A DNA stretch of 64,000 bases from contig OY969474.1 of assembly GCA_963700145.1 (NCBI GenBank), forward strand, positions 4,416,001 through 4,480,000. The letters are read 5' to 3'. The notes below the pieces were generated by a model. It had not been told where the DNA came from. It did no database searches and worked only from the letters and a program-made list of their open reading frames with translations. The first letter of the stretch is position 1; every line of letters starts with the position of its first letter. Shown one piece after another: positions 19,859 to 29,100 of this stretch. Both the position numbers and the translations under genes were made by a program. The stretch is from an uncultured Acidobacteriota bacterium (lineage in GTDB: Bacteria > Acidobacteriota > Thermoanaerobaculia > Multivoradales > UBA5704).

Positions 19859-20067
19859 CGATGAAGCCCGAGGAAACGTCGATGAAGCCAGAGACCGCGA
19901 GGACCTTGCTGCAGCCAGAGACCGCAGGGATGCCGGCGCCGAGCCGGCGTGCCTACACGCGCCCGCGGCTCGAGGTTCTGGGCGACATCCGGGACCTCAC
20001 TCTGGGCGGTACTCCGGGCGTCGGCGACAGCGGCGATCCGGTGAACTTCGATCCCCCTCAGCCCTAG
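19855..20067 (+). CDS. Lasso peptide precursor (70 aa)
   Basis: MTMKPEETSMKPETARTLLQPETAGMPAPSRRAYTRPRLEVLGDIRDLTL-GGTPGVGDSGDPVNFDPPQP. Leader motif YxxPxL...G-x5-T with Thr at -2; core Gly1 and Asp8. ATGA overlap with the cyclase stop. Confidence 0.88.
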   Translation: MTMKPEETSMKPETARTLLQPETAGMPAPSRRAYTRPRLEVLGDIRDLTLGGTPGVGDSGDPVNFDPPQP

Positions 20068-20074
20068 CAGGCCC

Positions 20075-20878
20075 GTGACCGGGCTCACAGACGTCCCTCC
20101 TCTGACCCGACGAGGCTCGGGCGGCGAGAGCGCCGTGCTGTTCGACGGCGAGGCGCCGGTTGCCGGGCAGACGCGCCGCGTGCGCTGCGTCCTCCAGCCT
20201 GACGTCTACCGCATCGAGATTGAAGGCGCCGGCACCTTCGCCGTGGCGCGCACCGGCGGCGCCGTCACGGTGCTCGGCGGCGCCGCGGCCGGCACGGCTG
20301 CCGGCGACACGGCCCTCGCGGCGGCGCTCGCCGGTCCGCCGCTCGCGCTCGGCTTCGCCCTCCGCGGCACGTTCTGTCTCCACGCCAGCGCCGTCGAACG
20401 GGAGGGGCGCGCGATCGCTTTCCTCGGCGAATCGGGGGCGGGCAAGTCGACTCTGGCCCGGCTGTTGGCGGGCTTGCCGGACGGCGGCTGGCGGCGGCTC
20501 GCCGACGACCTGCTGCCGGTAGCGCTTTCGCCAGGCGGGCCGGAGGCGCGGCCGCGCTTCCCCCAGCCGGGGATCGGCGGCGCCGCCGCCGCGGCGCTCC
20601 CGGAGCGCCTGCCGCTCGCCGCGGTCTACGTGCTCGCCGGGCCCGCCGGCGAGGTTGCGATCACCCCTCTGGCCGGCCGCGCCGGAGCGCTGGCGCTGGT
20701 CCGGCACACGGTGGCCGCCCGCCTCTTCGCCGCCGACCTCCTCGCCCGCCACCTGGAGCACGCCGCTGCGGTCGCCGCCGCCGCGCCGGTGCGGGTCCTG
20801 ACCTACCCGTGGACGGCGGACGCTCTCGCCGCGGTCGCGGCGGCGCTGGCGGCGGCGCTGGAGCGGCGCGATGGCTGA
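20075..20878 (+). CDS. HPr-kinase-like kinase (lasso tailoring kinase)
   Basis: LHASAV, GESGAGKST Walker A, LADDL; lies between precursor and RRE. Confidence 0.82.
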   Translation: MTGLTDVPPLTRRGSGGESAVLFDGEAPVAGQTRRVRCVLQPDVYRIEIEGAGTFAVARTGGAVTVLGGAAAGTAAGDTALAAALAGPPLALGFALRGTFCLHASAVEREGRAIAFLGESGAGKSTLARLLAGLPDGGWRRLADDLLPVALSPGGPEARPRFPQPGIGGAAAAALPERLPLAAVYVLAGPAGEVAITPLAGRAGALALVRHTVAARLFAADLLARHLEHAAAVAAAAPVRVLTYPWTADALAAVAAALAAALERRDG

Positions 20879-21164
20879 GACGGAGCTGGCCGCCGGCACC
20901 CGCCTCCGCCCGCGCGACGGCGTCCTCTTCCGCGACCTCGACGGCGAGGCGGTCCTCCTCGACTCGACGCGCGGCACCTACTTCGGCCTCAACGAGGTGG
21001 GGACCCGCGCCTGGGCCCTGCTCGCCGGCGGCGCCACGCTGGCGGAGGCCCTCGCCGTCCTCCTCGCCGACTTCGAGGCGCCGCGCGAGCAGGTCTGGCC
21101 CGACCTGCAGGCGCTGGTGCGCGAGCTCGCCCGCCATGAGCTGGTGGAAGTCGTCGCGCCGTAA
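20871..21164 (+). CDS. PqqD-family RiPP recognition element (lasso B1/E)
   Basis: DLDGEAVLLD...YFGLNEVGTRAWALL...DLQALVRELARHELV; 97 aa. Confidence 0.92.
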   Translation: MAETELAAGTRLRPRDGVLFRDLDGEAVLLDSTRGTYFGLNEVGTRAWALLAGGATLAEALAVLLADFEAPREQVWPDLQALVRELARHELVEVVAP

Positions 21165-21594
21165 GCTGGCGCGCTTCGCGGCGCTCTCCTGGCGCGACCG
21201 CGCCACCCTGCTCGCCGTCTTCGGCTCCCTCCTCGCCGTCGAGGCGGCGCTCCGCCTCCTCGGGCTGGCGCGGACGCGGCGGCTCTTCGCCCCGCGCCGC
21301 GGCCGCGTGCCGCCGCCCGCCGCTGCCGAGGTCGAGCGCCTCGCCGCTCTCGCGGTGGCCGCCTGTCGCGCCGTCTATCCCGCCGCCTGCCTGCCGCGCG
21401 CGCTCGCCCTGCAGCGCCTCCTCGCCGGCCGCGGCGCCCCGGCCGCGCTCAAGATCGGCGTTCGCCGCGACGGCGAGGAGCTGGCGGCCCACGCCTGGGT
21501 CGAGGTCGACGGGCGGCCGGTGGGGGAGCCGGCGGGGATCGAGGAGCGGTTCGCGGAGCTGCGGGACGCGCGAGGGTCGTCACACCCCGCGTGA
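21136..21594 (+). CDS. Lasso peptide B2 leader peptidase (transglutaminase-like)
   Basis: ACLPRALAL, LKIGVRR, AHAWVEVDG (Cys-His catalytic motifs); start re-called at ATG 21136. Confidence 0.92.
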   Translation: MSWWKSSRRKLARFAALSWRDRATLLAVFGSLLAVEAALRLLGLARTRRLFAPRRGRVPPPAAAEVERLAALAVAACRAVYPAACLPRALALQRLLAGRGAPAALKIGVRRDGEELAAHAWVEVDGRPVGEPAGIEERFAELRDARGSSHPA

Positions 21595-22974
21595 GGTGAG
21601 CACGATCTTCAAGGTCCGCAGCAGGATCGAGAGGTCCAGCCAGAAGCTCCAATTGGCCATGTAGGCGAGGTCGTAGCGCAGCTTGTTCTGTGCGCTCGAG
21701 TGGTAGTCGCCGTTGACCTGCGCCAAGCCGGTCAATCCCGGCGAGAGAGTGAAGCGCTCGGCGTATCCCGGCACCTCGCGCAGGTAACGCTGCACGAACC
21801 CCGGCCGCTCGGGGCGCGGCCCCACCAGGCTCATCTCGCCGACCAGGACGTTCCACAGCTGGGGAAACTCGTCGAGGCGGTAGCGGCGGAGGAAGCCGCC
21901 GATCGACGTCAGCCGCGGGTCGTCCAGCGTCGCCATCACCTCGCCGCTCGCGGTCTCGGCGTCCGCGCGCATGGTGCGGAGCTTGTGCAGCGTGAAGAGG
22001 CGCTGCCCGCGGCCCACCCGCGTCTGGCGGTAGAGGACGGGGCCCGGGGAGGTGAGGTGCACCGCCAGCGCGCAGAGCGCCATGACCGGCAGGGCGGCGG
22101 CGAAGAGGAGCGATCCCCCGGCGAGGTCGAGCAGCCGCTTGAGCGGCCGGTTCAGGAGCCACTCCGACTCGCGCACCACCTCGATGAGCGGCAGGTCGTG
22201 CACCCAGCGATAGCGCATGCGCCCGATCAGGCTTTCGAAGGGACCCGGCAGCAGCAGGATGTTGGTGTGGTCGGGGCGGGTGCCGGCGAGGCGGTCCACC
22301 AGCAGGGTCTGCCAGCCGGTGCCGGCGGGGGCGAGGATCAGGTCGTCGATGAGGCCGGCGGCGAGGAGCGCCGCCAGGTCGTCGTGCGCTCCCAGGCGCG
22401 GTCCCAGCGCCGGCTCGTCGGCGGGCGGCCGGCCGGCGGCCTCCTCGTCCGGCGTCGGCACGAACCCGACCACCTGCACGCCGAGGCCCTGGCCCGCGAT
22501 GGCGCGCGCGAGCTCCGCCGCCGCCTCGCCGGCGCCGACGATCGCCACCCGCCGCTCACGCAGCGGCACGAGGCGGAGCAGCGCCAGCCGCCAGACGAGG
22601 AGGAGGAGCCAGTCGATGAGGATGTAGAGCAACAGGATCGAACGCGGGAACTCGCGGTTGGTGAAGAAGAAGTAGCCGATCAGCACCGCGATCTGGATCG
22701 CCAGCGCGGCGGCCAGCGCGCGCGCCAGCTCGGGGCGGTTGCGCCGCCGCGGCTCGTCGTAGAGACCGAGGGCGTAGAGACAGCCGAGCTGCGCGAGAAG
22801 CACGGCCGGCCACTCGCGAAAGAGGAAGGCGAGGCGGTCGCGCGGCAGGAGCGCTTCGGTGAACGGAAGCGGCAGATGGATGCGGAGCTGGAAAGCGAGC
22901 CAGAGTGCCGCCAGCGCCAGCGCCGCGTCGCCGGCCAGGCGCAGCGCGCGCAGGCCCAGAGGGGCACGGGTCAC
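21580..22974 (-). CDS. Undecaprenyl-phosphate sugar phosphotransferase (priming glycosyltransferase, WcaJ/CpsE-like)
   Basis: N-terminal TMs; KRLLDL, YRQTRVG, KLRTM, RLDEFPQLWNVLVGEMSLVGPRP, PGLTGLAQV, YDLAY. Confidence 0.93.
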   Translation of the reverse strand: MTRAPLGLRALRLAGDAALALAALWLAFQLRIHLPLPFTEALLPRDRLAFLFREWPAVLLAQLGCLYALGLYDEPRRRNRPELARALAAALAIQIAVLIGYFFFTNREFPRSILLLYILIDWLLLLVWRLALLRLVPLRERRVAIVGAGEAAAELARAIAGQGLGVQVVGFVPTPDEEAAGRPPADEPALGPRLGAHDDLAALLAAGLIDDLILAPAGTGWQTLLVDRLAGTRPDHTNILLLPGPFESLIGRMRYRWVHDLPLIEVVRESEWLLNRPLKRLLDLAGGSLLFAAALPVMALCALAVHLTSPGPVLYRQTRVGRGQRLFTLHKLRTMRADAETASGEVMATLDDPRLTSIGGFLRRYRLDEFPQLWNVLVGEMSLVGPRPERPGFVQRYLREVPGYAERFTLSPGLTGLAQVNGDYHSSAQNKLRYDLAYMANWSFWLDLSILLRTLKIVLTSRGV

Positions 22975-23019
22975 GCGACGACTTTACATGACGCGCGTCG
23001 CCCGCTAGGCTGATCGATC

Positions 23020-23496
23020 ATGCGCCAGAACGTCTCGTCCGCCTGTGCGGTGCTCGCGGTCCTCCTCTGCGCCGGCGCCGTCGCGGCGCAGGAGCGCAGC
23101 CTTCGTTTCGAGAAGACCGTCGACTGGCAGCTCGGCAAGCCGATCGCGCTGAACGCCACGGTCGGCCCGGTGCGAGTCGCGAGCGTCGAGTTCCGGAAAG
23201 GGGAGGCGGGGGGCGGCGGGCCGGGCGGCGCGATCCTCGGCAGGCTGCGCGGCGCCTCCGAGACGGAGGCCACCGTGACCGCCGCCTTCGACACCGAGAA
23301 CCCCTCCGCCGACGAGTGGGTGGTGACGTACACCCTCGACTTCCTCGACGCCAAGGGGAAGCTCATCGACCGGGCGAGCGGCAAGGAGCAGTTCGAGGGG
23401 GAAGCCGACGTCTACCGCCTCGACCACGCCATCCTCGAGTACGTCCTCCCCTTCGTCGACCGGGTGAAGGTGCGGCTCGAGGCCAAGTACGACTAG
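23020..23496 (+). CDS. Hypothetical exported beta-rich protein
   Basis: Signal peptide ending AVAA-Q; coding bias; abuts metF. Confidence 0.72.
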   Translation: MRQNVSSACAVLAVLLCAGAVAAQERSLRFEKTVDWQLGKPIALNATVGPVRVASVEFRKGEAGGGGPGGAILGRLRGASETEATVTAAFDTENPSADEWVVTYTLDFLDAKGKLIDRASGKEQFEGEADVYRLDHAILEYVLPFVDRVKVRLEAKYD

Positions 23497-24471
23497 GTGA
23501 AAGTCACCGAGCACCTGGCCCGCGCCAGCGGCCCGCTGATCAGCTTCGAGATCATCCCGCCGCTGCGCGGCGGCAACGTGCAGGGCCTGCTGGCGCTGAT
23601 CGACGACCTCGTCCGCTTCCGCCCCCCGTTCATCGACATCACCAGCCACGCCGCCGAGGCGGTGGTGGACGAGACCCCGCTCGGCCTGCAGCGCCGGGTC
23701 AAGCGCAAGCGCCCGGGCACCCTGGGCGTCTGCGCGCTGATCCAGAACAAGTACCAGATCGACGCCGTGCCGCACATCCTCTGCCGGGGCTTCACCCGCG
23801 AGGAGACCGAGGACTTCCTGATCGAGCTCAAGTACCTGGGCATCGACAACGTGCTCGCGGTGCGCGGCGACGACAGCGGCTATCAGAAGCCGCTCCAGTA
23901 CGGGCGCAGCGCCAACCTCTACGCCGTCGACCTGGTGCGGCAGATCTGCGCCATGAACTGCGGCAAGTACCTGGAGGAGGAGTTGCTCGACGCCGAGCCT
24001 TCGAGCTTCTGCATCGGCGTCGGCGGCTACCCGGAGAAGCACTTCGAGGCCCCCAACCTGCAGCTCGACGTCCGCCACGCCAAGGAGAAAGTGGACGCCG
24101 GCGCGCACTACATCGTGACCCAGATGTTCTTCGACAACCGGCACTACTTCCGCTTCGTCGAGCTGTGCCGGGCGGCGGGCATCGAGGTGCCGATCATCCC
24201 CGGGCTCAAGATCCTCTCCTCGCGCAACCAGCTCGCCTCGATCCCGCGCAACTTCTACGTCGAGATCCCCGCGGACCTCGCCGACGCGGTGCTCGACGCC
24301 GACCCCGAGCACGCCCTCGACGTCGGCGTCGAATGGGCGCTCGGACAGGTCGAGGACCTCCTCGCCCACGGCGTGCCGTCGGTCCACTTCTACATCATGC
24401 AGAGCGCCAAGGCGGTCAGCCGCCTCCTCTCCCGCCTCGAGCTCGGCGTCCGCGCCGGGCGCGAGGTGTAG
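23497..24471 (+). CDS. metF: 5,10-methylenetetrahydrofolate reductase
   Basis: ISFEIIPP, VPHILC, LAVRGD, GGYPEKH, KVDAGA, VTQMFFD, VHFY. Confidence 0.93.
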   Translation: MKVTEHLARASGPLISFEIIPPLRGGNVQGLLALIDDLVRFRPPFIDITSHAAEAVVDETPLGLQRRVKRKRPGTLGVCALIQNKYQIDAVPHILCRGFTREETEDFLIELKYLGIDNVLAVRGDDSGYQKPLQYGRSANLYAVDLVRQICAMNCGKYLEEELLDAEPSSFCIGVGGYPEKHFEAPNLQLDVRHAKEKVDAGAHYIVTQMFFDNRHYFRFVELCRAAGIEVPIIPGLKILSSRNQLASIPRNFYVEIPADLADAVLDADPEHALDVGVEWALGQVEDLLAHGVPSVHFYIMQSAKAVSRLLSRLELGVRAGREV

Positions 24472-24544
24472 CGGCGGGACGCCTCGAGCGGGCGCCGCCG
24501 GCATCGAACCCGCGCTAGCGACCGAAAACCAAGGAGCGTCACCC

Positions 24545-25507
24545 ATGAAACCGCGTTCACCAGAACCCCGCCCGACGGCCCGAGCGCTGCTTCTCGCCCT
24601 CGGCCTGATCGTCGCCGCGACCGCCTGCGCCAGCGTCGATCCGGTGCCCTTCACCCAGTTCGCGTCGTCGCTCCAGCCGCTGCGCGCCGGCAGCGACACC
24701 CAGGCAGGGGCGGCAGCCGACGCCAGCCGCGAGGAGCTCATCCAAAAAGTAGCCGCCGGGGAAGTCAGCCCGGCCGACCTCCAGCTCGAGTTCGGCGAGG
24801 CCGATCCTTTCAGCACGACCTACGGTTTTGCCGAGAGGGAGCCCAACTTCGCCAAGCTCATGCGGTTTCGCCAAGGGCTCTCGGCGCTCAACGACGCCAT
24901 GACCGCCTACGCCCAGTCCCTCGCGGTGCTGGCGGGCGGAGGCGAAGGGGGCGACATCCTGCCCACGACCGCCCAGTTCGATCAGTTGGCCCGGGACCTC
25001 AACGCCAATGCCGGCACGGCCGCTGCCGCGCTCGGCGTGCGGCTCGACCCCGGCAGGCAGGCGCTCTTGAGCACCGCCGCGATCGAGCTTTTCAAGGGCT
25101 ACATCGAGAGCAAGCGGCGCAAGGATCTCGCCAAGGCGATCGCGGAGGTTCAGCCGCAGGTGGACGAGTTTTCGAGCGCGGCCCAGGAAGCAGTCCGCTT
25201 TCTCGCGTTGATGGTCGGGACTGACTACACCAAGGAGGTCTTGCCCCTCGCGACGGCGTCGCCGCCCAACGCGACGCCCATCCTGACGTTGAACGACTCG
25301 ACCCAGGCGACCCTCGCGGCCCTCGAATCGTTGTCGCGGAGCTATGGGGCGCTACCGGCGGCGCACCGCGACCTCGCGGCGGCCGCCGCGAAGAGAAAGA
25401 CCGGCCTCGCCGGCCTCGTCGCCCTGGGAGACGAGGCGATCCGGCTGCAAGGTCTCCTGACCGAGCTCAAGGCGGCAAACGCCGCAGCCGCAGGTCCGAC
25501 CCAGTAA
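24545..25507 (+). CDS. Hypothetical helical lipoprotein
   Basis: Lipobox-like ATAC after a hydrophobic segment; RBS AAGGAG upstream. Confidence 0.75.
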   Translation: MKPRSPEPRPTARALLLALGLIVAATACASVDPVPFTQFASSLQPLRAGSDTQAGAAADASREELIQKVAAGEVSPADLQLEFGEADPFSTTYGFAEREPNFAKLMRFRQGLSALNDAMTAYAQSLAVLAGGGEGGDILPTTAQFDQLARDLNANAGTAAAALGVRLDPGRQALLSTAAIELFKGYIESKRRKDLAKAIAEVQPQVDEFSSAAQEAVRFLALMVGTDYTKEVLPLATASPPNATPILTLNDSTQATLAALESLSRSYGALPAAHRDLAAAAAKRKTGLAGLVALGDEAIRLQGLLTELKAANAAAAGPTQ

Positions 25508-25520
25508 CAAGGAGAATCCG

Positions 25521-25877
25521 ATGAACCAGGAAATCGAAGCCAAGCTCGACGTCCTCGCGGGCATGAACTCGTCGGTGGGGAAGCTCACCAACGTCCAGAT
25601 CCGCTTGACCCTCGCCGGAGAAGCCGCCCTCGCCCAGCAGATCGACGCCAAGCGCAAGGCGCTGCTCGATCAGATCGAAGTCCTTCAGGGTCAGGTCGCC
25701 GACCAATGGACGGTCCAGGCCGCGACGCTCGCCGATGGGCTGCGCGAGGCCAACACCAAGGTCCAGGCGCGAATCCGCAACATCCAGAACAAAGTCGACA
25801 TCGCCAAGAACGCGGTCCAGATCATCGGCCAGATCGACGGCGCCCTGGGGTTCTTGAAGAGCGTGGTGCCAGATTGA
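25521..25877 (+). CDS. Small coiled-coil hypothetical protein
   Basis: RBS AAGGAG; heptad-like 118 aa; follows the lipoprotein gene by 13 nt. Confidence 0.75.
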   Translation: MNQEIEAKLDVLAGMNSSVGKLTNVQIRLTLAGEAALAQQIDAKRKALLDQIEVLQGQVADQWTVQAATLADGLREANTKVQARIRNIQNKVDIAKNAVQIIGQIDGALGFLKSVVPD

Positions 25878-25888
25878 CGCCTGGAACT

Positions 25889-25917
25889 TTGACAACCCTC
25901 GGCGCCTGAGCTACGCT
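25889..25917 (+). promoter_or_regulatory. Sigma70-type promoter for the riboswitch-metH transcript
   Basis: TTGACA (25889-25894), 17-nt spacer, TACGCT (25912-25917); the riboswitch begins 7 nt later. Confidence 0.75.
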
Positions 25918-25923
25918 GCCTCT

Positions 25924-26060
25924 CGCATTGCGAGCGGCCCGGCGCCTCCGCTGACGAGCGCCGGGCTCGGCAACCTGGGACGGACACCCAAGGTGCCCTC
26001 CCGCTTCTAGCTGGAACGAAGCGGGGATGCGGCCGGGATTCTCCGGCAACCAACTGTCCG
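25924..26060 (+). ncRNA. SAM-I-clan riboswitch, SAM-I/IV architecture
   Basis: P1 CGCAT/ATGCG; P3 GGCAACC...GGTGCC; P4 CCCGCTTC/GAAGCGGG; P5 GCCGG/CCGGC; P3 loop CGGACA complementary to 3' TGTCCG (PK-2); upstream of metH. Confidence 0.85.
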
Positions 26061-26069
26061 GCGGCCAAG

Positions 26070-26107
26070 CCCGTCTCGCGATGCAGCGCGAGGCGGGTTT
26101 TCGTTTT
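26070..26107 (+). terminator. Riboswitch expression-platform terminator
   Basis: Stem CCCGTCTCGCG/CGCGAGGCGGG followed by TTTTCGTTTT, 23 nt before the metH ATG. Confidence 0.78.
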
Positions 26108-26130
26108 GTGGCCCGCACGAGGAGCCGAGC

Positions 26131-29100
26131 ATGGACGTCCCGATCCCTTCCCGCCCCGACGACCTCGAGGAGCGCGCCGCGCGTCTCCACGCCGCCCTCG
26201 CCGAGCGCGTCCTGGTGCTCGACGGCGCCACCGGCACGGCGCTCCAGGCGGAGTCGCTCAGCGCCGAGGACTTCGGCGGGCCCGACCTCGAAGGGTGCAA
26301 CGAGAACCTCTGCGCCACCCGACCGGACGTCGTGGACCGCGTCCACGAGGGCTACCTCGCGGCCGGCGCCGACGTCGTCGAGACCAACACCTTCGGCGGC
26401 ACGCCGCTGGTGCTCGCAGAGTACGGCCTGGCCGACCAGGCTTTCGCGCTCAACCGCGCCGCCGCCGCCATCGCCCGCGCCGCCTGCGCCCGCTGGGAGA
26501 GCCCGGAGAAGCCGCGCTTCGTCTGCGGCTCGATGGGCCCGACGACCAAGGCCATCTCGGTCACCGGCGGCGTCACCTTCGAGGAGCTGCAGGAGCACTT
26601 CCGCGTCCAGGCGCTGGGGCTGATGGCCGGCGGCGCCGACTACCTGCTGCTCGAAACCCAGCAGGACACCCGCAACGTCAAGGCCGGTCTCCTGGGGATC
26701 GAGACGGCGTTCGCGCAGGCCGGGTGGCAGCTGCCGGTGGCGGTGTCGGCGACGATCGAGGCGACCGGCACGATGCTCGGCGGCCAGGACGCCGAGGCGC
26801 TCGCCGTCTCGCTCCTCCACGCCGACCTCCTCTACGTCGGCCTCAACTGCGCCACCGGCCCGGAGCGGATGACCGACCACATCCGCACGCTCGCCGAGCT
26901 GTCGCGCACCCGCGTCGCCTGCGTGCCCAACGCCGGCCTGCCGGACGAGGAGGGCCGCTACAACGAGGGGCCGGAGGAGATCGCGCGCGTCCTCGGCCGC
27001 TTTCTCGACGCCGGCTGGCTCAATCTGGTCGGCGGTTGCTGCGGCACGACGGCGGCGCACGTCGCGGCGCTCGCCGCGATTGCGCGCGGACGGCGGCCGC
27101 GGCCGGTGCCCGACCACCAGCGCGCCCTTATCGCCGGCCTCGAGGCGGTCGAGCTCACCGCCGACAACCGGCCGCTCCTGGTCGGCGAGCGCACGAACGT
27201 CCTCGGCAGCCGGCAGTTCAAGCGGCTGATCGCGGCCGGCGACTGGGAGGGGGCGGCGGAGGTGGCGCGCGCGCAGGTGCGTGCCGGCGGGCAGGTGCTG
27301 GACGTCTGCCTGCAGGACCCCGACCGCGACGAGCGCGCCGACGCCGAGGCCTTCCTCGACCGCCTGGTGCGCGTCGTCAAGGCGCCGATCATGATCGACA
27401 CCACCGACGCCGCGGTCATGGAGCGGTCCCTCACCTACTGCCAGGGGAAGGCGGTGCTCAACTCCATCAACCTGGAGGACGGCCTCGCGCGCTTCGAGCG
27501 CGTGGTGCCGCTGGCGCGGCGCTACGGCGCGGCGGTCGTCGTCGGCACGATCGACGAGCAGGGGATGGCGGTCACCGTCGAGCGCAAGCTGGAGGTGGCG
27601 CGCCGCAGCTTCCGTCTCCTGACCGAGGACTTCGGTCTGCGCGCCGAAGACATCTGGTGGGACGCGCTGGTCTTCCCCTGCGGCACCGGCGACGCGAGCT
27701 ACCTCGGCTCCGCCGGCCAGACGATCGAGGGCGTGCGGCGGCTCAAGGAGGAGTTCCCGGAGACGCGCACCGTCCTCGGCGTCTCGAACGTCAGCTTCGG
27801 CCTGCCGCCGGCCGGCCGCGAAGTGCTCAACTCGGTCTTCCTCTACCACTGCACCAAAGCCGGGCTCGACGCCGCGATCGTCAACTCCGAGCGCCTCGCC
27901 CGCTACGCCGACGTCCCGGAGGAGGAGCGCGCGCTCGCCGAGGCGCTGATCTTCCTGCCGGTCGGGGACGTGGCCGCCGGGGACCGGGCGGTCGAGACCT
28001 TCACCGCCCACTTCCGCGGCCGCACCGCGGCGCCGGCCAAGCCGCGGGCCGAGCTGCCGCTCGCCGAGCGCCTGGCGCGCGCCGTCGTCGAGGGGAGCAA
28101 GGTGGGGCTCGAGGACGACCTGGCGCAGGCGCTGGTCGACCCGCGCTGGCCGACGCCGCTCGAGGTCATCAACGGCCCGCTGATGGCGGGGATGAGCGAG
28201 GTGGGGCGCCTGTTCAACGCCAACCAGCTCATCGTCGCCGAGGTGCTGCAGAGCGCCGAAGTGATGAAGGCGGCGGTCTCCTACCTCGAGCCGCACATGG
28301 AGAAGGCCGGCAGCTCGACGCGCGGCAAGATCCTCCTCGCCACCGTCAAGGGGGACGTCCACGACATCGGCAAGAACCTGGTGGACATCGTGCTCACCAA
28401 CAACGGCTTCACGGTGGTGAACCTGGGGATCAAGGTGCCGTCGGAGCGCTTGATCGAGGCGGCGCGCGAGCACCGGCCGGACGTCATCGGCCTCTCGGGG
28501 CTGCTGGTCAAGAGCGCGCAGCAGATGGTGCTCACCGCCGGCGACCTCTCGGCGGTGGGGATCGACACGCCGCTCCTGGTCGGCGGCGCCGCCCTCACCC
28601 GCCGCTTCACCCACCGCAAGATCGCGCAGGCCTACGGCGGCCTCTGCACCTACGCCAAGGACGCAATGCACGGCCTGAAGCTCGTCGAGCGCCTGCTCGA
28701 CGGCGCGGCGCGGCCGGAGCTCGAGCAGGAGGTGGCGGAGCTGATCGCCGCCGACGCCGAGCCGGCGGCGGCGGTCGCGGAGGGGGCGGTTGCGGAGGGG
28801 GAGGCGGCGGCCGGCGCGCCAGCGGTGCGGCGGGACCTCGCGGCCCCTCCGCCCCCCGATTTGGAGCGCCACGCGGAGGAGCTCGACCTCGACGCGGTCT
28901 GGGAGTACCTGAACCCGCAAATGGTCTACGGCAAGCACCTGGGTCTCAAGGGTGTCGTCGCGAAGCTCGAAGCCGAAGGCGACCCCAAGCTCGCCAAGCT
29001 CCAGGCGGTCGTCGCCGAGCTGCAGCAGCTGGCGCGCGAAGGGGCGATGCGGGCGCGGGCCGTCTGGCGGTTCCTCCCCGCCGCGGCGGAGGGCGACCGC

